Assembly: GCF_026210795.1 (NCBI RefSeq)
Contig: NC_089430.1
Location: 2,356,001-2,420,000 of the forward strand
Direction: 5' to 3'
DNA from: Rhizophagus irregularis
Taxonomy: Eukaryota
Length of the DNA: 64,000 bases
A model generated the notes under the pieces. That model was not told the origin of the DNA. It saw only the letters and a program-made list of their open reading frames with translations, and did no database searches. Positions within the stretch are counted from its first letter, which is position 1, and each line of letters starts with the position of its first letter. Positions 51,505 through 64,000 of the stretch are shown here, piece by piece. Made by a program: the position numbers and the translations under genes.

Positions 51505-52797
51505 TTACTCAATTGGAAAATTATGAGATACTTTGATACACCCTTTTGTATTACGTGGATTATCATTTTTACAATTCTTACACCTCGTTTTGCAACCTTC
51601 CGCATCTGATATTTTCTTACAGTTTTTACAAATTTTAAGACAAGGAGCCTCCCCATGTTTGTGTTTGCACTCATCATAAATTTTTTGACACCCAGGTGAT
51701 TGATAATCTCTTCCGCAACAATGATAAACTTGCTTGCATCCAGGTGAATTAGCATTTTTATTATGACAGCACTTCCAGTATCCAGATACAAACGCGGGTC
51801 TAGTAGGATTTAATATTCCAAAAGTAACGACACGAACCGTCCAAGCTTGAGGACTATCGTCAAACTCCTGTCTCGTTGTAGCTTCAACATAGTAATCAGA
51901 ATGCTTACGATAATGCGAAGATGGATGTGTAACTATAACATTTCCACGATGAACATCCTCTACATTGGGATGAAACGATTCCGTTTCCAAATGACATTCA
52001 GGAAACGCTAACCTTGGATCAGTTTCTTCAAAACACTTAGAACACTTGACCACTCTAAGGTTGAGACCTATCGGATGTTTAAGGTGTCCATCCATAAATG
52101 ATTCATACTTCGCGAGGATTCGTTCCGGTTCCGATCCTTTAAAAACACCAAACGTGTTTAATCGTTCACTTGTGAGTCCCATTTGAACATAAACGTCTGT
52201 AGGCAGTAAACTTTCATACAACAAAATCTTAAATTCGCCAGTGTTTGAAAGTAAGTTATCTTTATTATGTTCTCTTAAGGCTATTTCATTGGCAGCATCA
52301 CGAGGGCCGTTTCCAATTTTATCACCTTTAGTAACAATAATGGTATTATCCCATACATTTCCTTTATAGTATTTAGCCAAAGATTCTATAAATCTTGCTT
52401 GACGTTTGTAAGAGCCTTTCGCTCTGGCATCAGGTACTACAAACCACAAGATTGTTGTTATATCCTGAATTTTCGCTTCCATCATCTTACGAAAAATCGA
52501 ACGTACAGTTTCGTCATCATTCTTATATTCATCAGAATCATCGAAACCAGGTGTATCAATGTAGAAGCCTCCTTTAATACCGTAAATCGTAATTGTGTCA
52601 GTTTCTGATTTGCTCGAATGTCCGATTTTCACATTTTGTGCTCCAAAAATTGTTGCTGTAAAGCTTTTTCCATTCCCCGTATTTCCAACTGCAAGAATGC
52701 ATCGTTGTAATGACTAATAAATATGTATCGATTGAGTATAAATTCTTATTTAGGTTCTTTAAAGTTACAATATCATACTTACGCTTGCACCGGACAT
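51505..52797 (-). CDS. AIG1/GIMAP-like P-loop GTPase with Cys/His-rich C-terminus, paralog 1
   Basis: 15-nt first exon 52797-52783, exon 2 from 52713. GNTGNGKS, SETD, DTPG, VTKGD. Confidence 0.85.
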
Positions 52798-53673
52798 TTT
52801 GTCGCAGATAATAAGAGATTAGGGTATTTGCTAGAGATGATTGTATGATATAACCAATCGTAATAAATACGTCATACTGACTTCTGCATTTTTTTTTTAG
52901 ATAAAATGCCCTGAAATAGAATAATCTTATTGGCTTATCCAGATTTATAAATGAGAATAATACACTAAATATTTGGGTTCTAATATGGTATCGGGACATT
53001 TCGCCGAAAAATAATCTCTATTTTTCGGCAAAATGGCTTTCGGCAAAATGTTCCCATTACTATCTCTTCTAAATTCAAAAGTTATATTTAAAATGTACTG
53101 TATATTACGATAGTAATTTATTTATATAGGAGCTACGGCTGGTGGATATTTTATATAAATTTTCTTCATATTTCATATTTTATATATAGATTACTTTTTC
53201 ATAATTTGCGGAAAATAAAAAAAAAAAAATATCGAATGCTGTAAGAGAGAATACTGGTAACAGATAATGATAATGACTATGAATAGAATTAGGATGGATT
53301 ATAATCGTATACTGAAATTGTATACTGGTAACCAATTTTTTTTTAACCCAAAAAGTGAATTAAAAATAATATATCATGGAATTGTAAACAATGTACAAAA
53401 ATATAGAATAGGAAAATGTTTTCTACACGAATTTTTTTTTCTAACAAATCATATTTTTTATTATTTAACCACAGCTAATTCATGATTTTGATAAAACTAC
53501 ACTAGAAAGGGAAAAAAGCATCATTTATTTTATATATATATTTCTCATTCCTAAAAAATAATTCGTTGCGATAAAATATTCTATACAATTCTAATGTCCT
53601 AATTGTATAATAACAAGTACTTGAGGTCTCAATTTCAAGAGTATGTAAATTTACTTCATTTTCAATAAATATC

Positions 53674-54956
53674 TCAATTGGGGAAATTATGAGATATATG
53701 GGTACATCCTTTCGTATTATGTGGATTATCATTATTGCAATCCTTACACTTCTCCTTGCAACCTACTGTATCAGACCTTTCCTTACAGTCTTTACAAATT
53801 GTAAGACAAGGTGTTCCGCCATAATTATGTTTGCATTCATCAAAAATTTTTTGACATCCAGAAGATTGATAATCTCTTTCGCAACAATGATAAACTTGCT
53901 TGCACCCAGATGAATTAGCATCGTTATTACCACAACACTTCCAGTACCCAGGTACAAATACGGATCTAGTAGGATTTACTCCTCCAAAAGAAAAAGCACG
54001 AACCGTCCAAGCTTGAGGACTATCGTCAAACTCCTGTCTCGTTGTAGCTTCAACATAGTAATCAGAATGCTTACGATAATTGGAAGATGGATGTATTTTT
54101 ATTACATTTCCACGATGAACATCCTCTGTAGCTGGATGAATTAACTCTATTTCCGTATGACATTTAAGAGACGCTAACCTTGGATCAGTTTCTTCGGAAC
54201 ACTTAGAACACTTTACTTTTCTAAGGTTGAGACATACCGGATTCTCGAGATGTCCCTCTATTAATGATTCGTACTTTGCGAGGATTCGTTCTGGTTCCGA
54301 TTCTTTAAAAACACCAAACGTGTTTAATCGTTCACTTGTGAGTTCCATTTGAACATAAACGTTTGTAGGTAGTAAACTTTCATACAACAAAATATTAAAT
54401 TCGCCAGTGTTTGAAAGTAAGTTATCATTATGTTCTCTTATTTCATTGGCAGCATCACGAGGGCCGTTTTCAATTCTATCACCTTTAGTAACGATAATGG
54501 TATTATCCCATACATTTTTTCCAATATGGTATTTAGCCAAAGATTCTATAAATCTTGCTTGACGTTTGTATGAGCCTTTCGCTCTAGCATCAGGCATTAC
54601 AAACCACAAGATTGTTGTTAAATTCCGAATACCCTTTTCCACCATTTTAAGATAAATCAAACGCACAGTTTCATCATCGTTCTTATCTTCATCAGAATCA
54701 TCGAGCCCAGGTGTATCAATGTAGAAACCTCCTTTGATATCATAAACCGTAATTGTTTGAGTTTCAGACTTGGTTGTATGTCCGATTTTCACATTTTGTG
54801 CTCCAAAAATTGTTGCTGTAAAGCTTTTTCCATTCCCCGTATTTCCAACTGCAAGAATGCATCGTTGTGATGACTAATGAACACGTATCAAATAAGTGTA
54901 AATCCTATTAAGTGCTTTAAAATAAAAAATATCACACTTACGCTTGCACTGGACAT
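53674..54956 (-). CDS. AIG1/GIMAP-like P-loop GTPase with Cys/His-rich C-terminus, paralog 2
   Basis: Exon 1 54956-54942, exon 2 from 54873; tandem duplicate of paralog 1. Confidence 0.85.
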
Positions 54957-55422
54957 TTTCCTCTCTTTACCTATTTTTAACAAGCTTAAACTTCTCTAAA
55001 ACTCTAATTTACCAAAGCTTAAATCTTGTAACCGCCTAAACTTCGGATAATCAACTGTTACTAGAGACGTGCTTGTTTATATGATATTTCTGGACAACTA
55101 TCGTAATAAATACGTCATAATGCCATTTTAGATTTAAAACAAAGAAAATACTTTTTCGATAATCGCGGTTACATAATATTTATTATCTTTTTTTTCGTAA
55201 TAATTCTTACGGTCTTGTCACAATATCACATTACATTGTATGGTAATAAAAACTAATTATAATGTAGAATAAAGAGTGAACAACTGCTCATTTGTTATAT
55301 ATGACACAACTATTGAAATTTTACTCCAGAAGAAAATGATTAAGGTTGTACCGAAAAAAAGGATGTGATTATAAAAAAAGTCATATGTTGTGACTATAGA
55401 GGAGGTTTTTCTAATATATTTA

Positions 55423-56171
55423 CAGTCGCACCTCCATAAGTGCACGCACCTGGGGCCCGGCTATGCACATGCAGTTAGGGAGGGTGTGCACTTAAAGAGC
55501 AGCCAATAGAAAAATCAATATTAGTAATTTGAGGGAATATTTATTTAAATTCATACGATTCAGTACTTGAATAATTGAATAATTAACTGGAAGTAGCGAT
55601 ATTTACTTTTTTTACCAAATTGAACCAATTAGGGATTAGAAACTTGAAAGATTCGATTTTCAATTCCAACGCCTAGACTTTTATTTTATATTTTCGTTCT
55701 AATAAAAGAATTGCACATACAAAAATGATCTGTGGTGTAAAATAATCTAATAAAATTAAAAAAGATTGAAAAATATTTTTTATTAAATTGTCAAATTTAT
55801 CTATTTTAAAGAACCAAACAGCTATCGATGATTGGTCAATATTATATAGTTATCACGTGAATGCATTTATGGAGAGTGTTCTGATATGGACAAATTTATC
55901 CTGAACCGGGGTCCAGGTTCTTTATCCTAAACCCCCTATATAAATAAGTTTTTTCAGAGTAATCGTCACGTGATTAATACAGTTGCGGTCTAGGATAAGA
56001 ACCTGAACCCCGGTCTATTTTAAGGACACTCGTTCTGATATACCCGGAATTCAGAATTACATGCACGTGTAGAACATAGAGTGTGTTAAGTCCTTAGCTT
56101 GGGGCCAAGCCATGGCGTGCATATAGGGAGGAAATGCACTTATAGAGGGTGCACTTATGGAGGTGCGACTG
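55423..56171. mobile_element. Tc1/pogo-type MITE with a nested inverted-repeat element (~55880-56030)
   Basis: Perfect 23-bp TIR CAGTCGCACCTCCATAAGTGCAC, TA TSD; inner IR ACCGGGGT.CAGGTTCTT..ATCCTA. Confidence 0.88.
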
Positions 56172-56558
56172 TATTAGTACATTGGGCCAAAATATGGTGA
56201 ATTGGTATTTTAGGATTTTTTTCCGCCGGTTATAAACTGGCGGACTAATTAGTATATCTAGGATGATAAAAAAATTATTTACTGTAAAACGTTATGACTA
56301 CATACTGATTGCATAAAATCTGATGTGCTTTATAACCATTTTGAACACAGCGAAAAAGCAATACATATATTTAGAAATTCTATGTCTTCTATAAGGGTCA
56401 ATGCATTTACATAATTTTTCCTTTGGTATAGTAGCTTACTCTAATATATTGTAAAAAAGCTCTTATATAGATTTTATTTATTCTATAATTAACGTTTAAA
56501 TATTAATAGTGATCAAACGATGTGAATTCAGCATAATTTTATAGGGTACTTTATATTA

Positions 56559-57273
56559 TTATTCGATTTCATCTATAATATTCCGCATCGATTTAAAAGC
56601 AGAATTTATCTCCGAATTAAATTCTTGTCTAAGAGGATTACTTCCAATATCCCATTTATTTAAAGGTTTTCTCAAATCAACCAATAAAGTTGGTACAGAC
56701 CTAAAAAAAAATAATTTTTAAATTGTCAAATAAATAACTTTTAAAAGAATTAAGATTGAATTCGTTAGTTACTGTACCTAGGTAGAGTTACTTCTTTTCT
56801 TTTATTTTCATTTGTCCGAGAAAGTTTATTATTATTATCATTCTTGTTAGTATTTAATTGTGTTTCAGCTTTTATCTCATTATTGAGTTGGTTTACATAT
56901 TCGAATTTCTGACGATAAACTTGTTCAACACTCGTCGTAGATTTATTATCAGGTGCTAAATAATGTTATTTGAACTTTATACATATATATTTTCTTTTTT
57001 AAGAAAAAAATATATATAATTTTTAAAAATTTTAATACCTATTTTAGGTTTTTTAATTTTACAAATCTTTGGTTTAACAATACGACCACTTTTAATTCTT
57101 TCACTTCTCCTACTAGGAGTAAGGTTACGAAATGTTTCCTGTGATAATTGTTTTTGTTGTAAAACTTTTGCTTTACCACGCGAAATATTACATAATCCCA
57201 TTTTTGTGTTTATAGATTTCCATTGTACGGAATTTTTATGAAGTAATTGATATTGCAGTCTATTATTTCCCAT
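56559..57273 (-). CDS. Hypothetical multi-exon protein
   Basis: ORF from 57273, plausible GT-AG introns, last exon SVPTLLVDLRKPLNKWDIGSNPLRQ...IE*. Confidence 0.5.
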
Positions 57274-57404
57274 TGTTTACGTTTTACTTGTTCGTGAATC
57301 GTGGTATTAAATAAAAAAAGAAATGTTTATATAAAATTTCTTGTGTTACATTAAAGTTTAAAGTCATGTGATACAATAAAATAAATTAACTATATTATAC
57401 TATA

Positions 57405-58889
57405 TTATACTATTTGGGTAGGATCATTTAAATTTTCTACAGAATCACATAGAGTACTATATCTATAAGAGTTTAATGGCCAAGATTTTCCATCCCCAAA
57501 TGAATTTCCAATGGGAATAAACCAAAAATACCATTTTGGTCCCATAACTTGAATCCAATTATTCTTATTACCAACATCAAATAAATTTAAATATTTGCTC
57601 GTAGTAACATCACCATCTTCTTTTATTTTATAATTATGTTTTTGTAAACTTTCTAAAGTAGTCTGATTTGATAAAATAAGGTTAGTATGAAATAATGTAA
57701 AACCTACTAAACACAATGAAAATACTCCTCCAAGTAATATTAAAAATGTCCAATTTAAGTCAATTTCTATTACTGGCTAATAAATTACAAGCGTTAGTTA
57801 CAAGGTGAATTTTAAATTTGATTTCCATTTTTAAAAATAAAATAATTTACCTCACTAGTTGATTGGGCATATTTAATTACTGGAATTAATGTAGTTAATG
57901 AAATGAAAAATGAATATAATGTTGCCCATATAAGAAATAAATAAAAATATTTTTGATTACGATGTCCTATGCAATTATTTAACCATGGACAATGACTAAA
58001 TAAGAATAAAAATAAAATGAATTTTTTCCCAATTTATCGCGTAAAGTTCACATAAGACAAACGAATAAATTCTTACTGATCCATCTTCGAAATACATCTT
58101 ACATAAAAACAAAAAATGAAAATTAATATTGAATAATAATTAACGCGTCTTTTCCTTCCTTTATACATACTTTTTGCAAACTCTACAATGATGAGTTCTA
58201 TCAGGTTTATCAATATCACATTTATTACAAAAACGTCTTTCCCCATTTTGTTTTACCATAATATACCCAAGTGATATAGGATCCCCGTTCTCATTTAAAA
58301 CAACCAAATTTTTCGTTTGTCGTCGTCGTTGGGAGTCATCTTGTTGTTCTTGACTATTGTTACTTGCTATTTCTCCTGAATCTGAACGACGTTGATCAAG
58401 TGGTATATATGTTGATGATGTTGAATCTGCTAGATTTGAAATTTTTCTAGTCTAATATTTATGAATGATGCGAAATTAAATTACGCGATTTTAATTTCTC
58501 AAAACCACATATACTCTAAGTTAATTTAAGATTAACTCACTTCGGTCGGGGATCCAGGTGATGTGAAAGTAGCTTTAAAGTAACTCCACATCATTAATAT
58601 AAAAAGTATATGATATACTAAAAGATAAATAACTCCTAAAAAAAAAATCCGTTTTTAACTTAATACAAAGTATATTCAGTTCTTCCTCATTTCAACGCCC
58701 TAAATTACCTTGTCCGGGGAAACTATTTAATAAAAATAATATACATAACCTAAAAACAAAAGCATAATAGCTCCACCCTACTAGTATTATTAAAAATAAC
58801 ACAGGAAAATAATTTCCTATTCGCACTGTAGTTTGTATACAATAGTTTTCTTCCCACCATTTCTCAAAATTTTGCCATATTTTAACCAT
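57405..58889 (-). CDS. DHHC palmitoyltransferase (Pfa3/ZDHHC2-15-20-like)
   Basis: [19 protein letters not shown], a 21-nt micro-exon [23 protein letters not shown]. Confidence 0.92.
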
Positions 58890-59514
58890 GACAAGCTTTT
58901 AAAGAAGATACTACTTTAGATTTATAGAATTGTGAGAAATTTTAGATCCTTTCTTACAAATATAAATTTTTGAGGCTTGACATTGTGGCAAAGTATTAAC
59001 GGCAAAATACACGAGAAATAACAGTTCCCGATAAACGGGGGACAACTCAAGGTTACACACATTAAGAGTCAACATAAATTGGTTAAAAGTGAAATCCATA
59101 TTAAAATTCACAAAATTTTTAGAAAGACAGCTGATTTCAAGAGTTAAGGTTGTATATGCTAGTTAGTTCTATACAAGCGATGAAGCGAAGCTTTTTATCC
59201 AAATTGGATCACTGGATTCACTGGTCCACTAGTTATTTTGTTCTTAGTTTTATGTTTGATAATAGTAAGTTGAAATTACACTCTTTTTTTTTTATTTAGA
59301 ACGTTTAAAAAAATAGTATTCAAGTACCTGAAATAAGATTCATGGTGTGCATGGTGTGATTGTCATATCATGATTATCACTTTCTGTATAAAATAAATGT
59401 TATTCGTGTAACTCTGAGTTATCCCCCGTTTATTTATCTAGTATTTATCTATCCCCTCTGTCCCCCTAGGTTAAAATTATTGTGATAAAAAAAAAATTTT
59501 CTATTTGTTGAAGA

Positions 59515-61736
59515 ATGTCGGGAAGAAAAGTATTGGTGCTTGATAACGGTGCATACACAATGAAGGCAGGTTATGCTGACGAAACACAAGCAAGGTAACT
59601 TGCTAAAATTTAACAAATAATGAGTCCTTTTAGCGTTTAATGGTGTTTTTTGTTTGAATTCTTATAGAATAATACCAAATTGCATAGTAACGCGGGGGAA
59701 AGGTGATAAAAGATCATATATAGGAGATCAATTAAGTACATGCACAGATTTTACTGGTTTATATTATAAATTACCATTCGAAAAAGTATGATATCATTCA
59801 AGTGATTACATTTGCATTAAGTTTACGATGAAATTGATTTTCGCAATATTATTTATAATTAGGGATTTCTTATTAATTGGCAAAATGAAAAAGAAGTTTG
59901 GGATAGAATATTTTCTAAAGATGTTCTTAATGTAAGGTTTTGTTATTGATACATTAACATTATTTTTATTTATGTTGCTTTTAATTTTATCATTTTTTAG
60001 TGTGATCCGAAAAATACTACTCTATTAATTACGGAGCCATGTTTTAATTTACCGAACGTTCAACAAAATTATGATGAAGTTATATTCGAAGCATACGAAT
60101 TCGAAGCCTATTATAGGACAAATGGTAAAACTAAAAAAAAATTATGGATTTTACACAAAAATTTTTATTTTACATTACGAATCTTTACATATAGTTCCAT
60201 GGTTATGTATTCAAAACGATACAACTTCACTTTATAAGGATAGATTCTGTAAATTTAATGAAGTACCCGATTGTGCATTAGTAGTTGATTCTGGTTACTC
60301 TTTTACTCATATTGTTCCTTTTGTTATGGGAAGGCCGATATTACCAGCTATTAGAAGGTGAATCTTTACTTCACATCAAGACTTTTATTATTTATTTACT
60401 TAATTTTGATTATTATTACCAGAATCAATATCGGAGGAAAATTATTGACAAATCATCTAAAGGAAATTGTATCATTTAGGTAAAGATTAGATTTTTTACT
60501 CGAAATATGTTGACATTGTTTTCTTACAAGTTACAACACCATAATGATTAGATATTGGGATATGATGGAACAGACCTACATTATGAATGAAGTGAAAGAA
60601 ACTTGTTGTTTCGTTTCTCAGAATTTTTTATCGGATCTAGAGATTTGCCGGTAAAGTTAACGAAATATTTTTATGTTAGAACATCCTAGTATCTTGTTCA
60701 CCAATATCGAATTATCTAGGAGAAACCCACGAGATAATCCAATTCTTCAAGAATATGTTCTCCCAGACTTTTCGAGAAATTCAAAAGGATATATAAGAGT
60801 ACCATATTATTTATGTCCTTATGGTTAAGCTACATTTATTGTTTATTTATTTTACTTGTAAATTACAGGAAAAGAAACGTGGAGGGACGTATGACCAATC
60901 TGACGAGCAAGTTTTGTACATGAACAATGAAAGGTTATCTGTTCCTGAAATATTATTTAATCCTATGGATGTTGGTATGAATATTACATTTACATTAATT
61001 CCGATTCGTACATACATGAGTTTATTAACTTCATTCATTAATCTCCAGGAATGAACCAAGCAGGAATTCCGGAAGTAATAGTGGAATCAATTAATGCAAT
61101 TCATTCTGGTATCATATATCGCGACTATTCAAATTTTTTTTATTATTTTTTTTTCATTGGTTCTAAAGCGTAAAAAAGAGAGAATTTTTTGGTGGTAACT
61201 GACTTCTGGTATTTTGGGTCAATTTGAGAATAGAAATGTTTCCTTCTTTATCTGTAAATGATGTAGATTTACATGGATTACTCTACGGAAACATCATCTT
61301 AGTCGGCGGAAACTCCTTATTCTCCGGATATAAAAGAAGAATGTAAATGAATTCTCGGATTAGTTAGAATTTTATGGGTGTTTTTTTTATTAAAATTTAT
61401 ATTCTTTTTTTATTTATTATTAGTGAAAAAGATTTACGTTTTCTTGCACCAACGGAATTTGAAATTAGAGTTGGAATGTCAGAAAAGTAAGCATGACCAA
61501 CGATTTTTTTCTTTGAATCATTTGAATCAGTTAATATTCTTCTCTTCATTATATATATATATTAATGAAAAAATAGTCCTATCACATACGCGTGGCAAGG
61601 AGGTGCTAAATTTGCGAATTCAACTGAATTTAACGAAAAGTTAGTTACACGTGCTGAATTTAACGAATATGGTCATAATATTTGTCTTCAAAGATTCGGT
61701 TTAGGCGATGATGATGATATTGAAATGTCTGAGTAA
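59515..61736 (+). CDS. ARP6: Actin-related protein 6
   Basis: VLVLDNGAYTMKAG, LITEPCFNLP, VVDSGYSFTHIVP, IGGKLLTNHLKEIVSFR, NERLSVPEILFNP; multi-exon. Confidence 0.9.
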
Positions 61737-61911
61737 TTATTACAATCTTATAACCAGAAAAATTTCTCAAGAAAATATATTATTCTATGTATCATTGAAA
61801 CAGATTTCTTTAAATAAATAATAAATAAATAAAAATATATAAAATTTATATCCACAATACATACATTATAAATTTTTACATAACTTTAGATTTCCGATTA
61901 GTACATTAATA

Positions 61912-63559
<1,648 letters not shown>

Positions 63560-63883
63560 CTTGTCAAATACTTTCAAATACCTTCAATTAAAAAAAAATA
63601 TCTTTATTAATAGTAACGAAAGAAAGACTATATATATTATCGAAACATTGTTTTGTTGATTTTTTGGAGTAATGATCATCGTGCACTGTAACATAAAATA
63701 TTTTCGGTCATAATTCCGCCCAAAATATTTTTACTACACAGTGTTTTACGTATATTAATTAGATATCAGATATTGTAAAATATTTATAAATTTATCATTT
63801 ATATTTTTTATTATTATTGCTGAAAAACATTATACAGGAAGTATTAACTATACAAAATAAATTTAAAGAATGATTATAATAAT

Positions 63884-64000
63884 TTAGTCTTCAGCATCAC
63901 TTTGGTATGGAGTTGGTTGCCATATTTCAACTTCATTAGGAGCCAATGGACCTAGGATCTCATCGGGCCAGCAATAAGTTGTATCTTTATCATCATCTAA
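63884..64000 (-). CDS. 3' end of an unknown gene, cut by window edge
   Basis: Open frame LDDDKDTTYCWPDEILGPLAPNEVEIWQPTPYQSDAED*. Confidence 0.45.
   Translation of the reverse strand, partial: LDDDKDTTYCWPDEILGPLAPNEVEIWQPTPYQSDAED

Overview
This is AT-rich, intron-containing fungal DNA. The BTB-BACK-TLDc, F-box and AIG1-like GTPase genes and the repeat load point to Glomeromycota (Rhizophagus-like); that assignment is inference. Positions 1-42 kb are a nest of mobile elements and 43-64 kb is mostly host genes. The main observation is a compact, intronless, virus-like element at ~10.7-22.3 kb, whose left part is cut off by a tandem LINE array. It carries Polinton/Maverick-type genes: an A32-like packaging ATPase, a DDE integrase with chromodomain and a zinc-ribbon protein. 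Tightly packed among them is a Ty3/retrovirus-like Gag capsid plus aspartic protease, with no RT or LTRs. The integrase is split by a 3.5-kb TIR element that carries a spliced-looking array of 11 micro-exons with hairpin-structured introns. The window also holds two P-element-like transposons (AGGA termini, 8-bp TSDs), a decayed AEP-primase/UL9-like helicase gene split by a 7.3-kb CACTA-like element, a solo LTR, several MITEs and a glycine dehydrogenase pseudogene. Intact host genes are BTB-TLDc, two AIG1-like GTPases, a DHHC palmitoyltransferase, ARP6 and a Fus3/Kss1-type MAPK. All protein assignments come from motif recognition by eye; no database searches were run.
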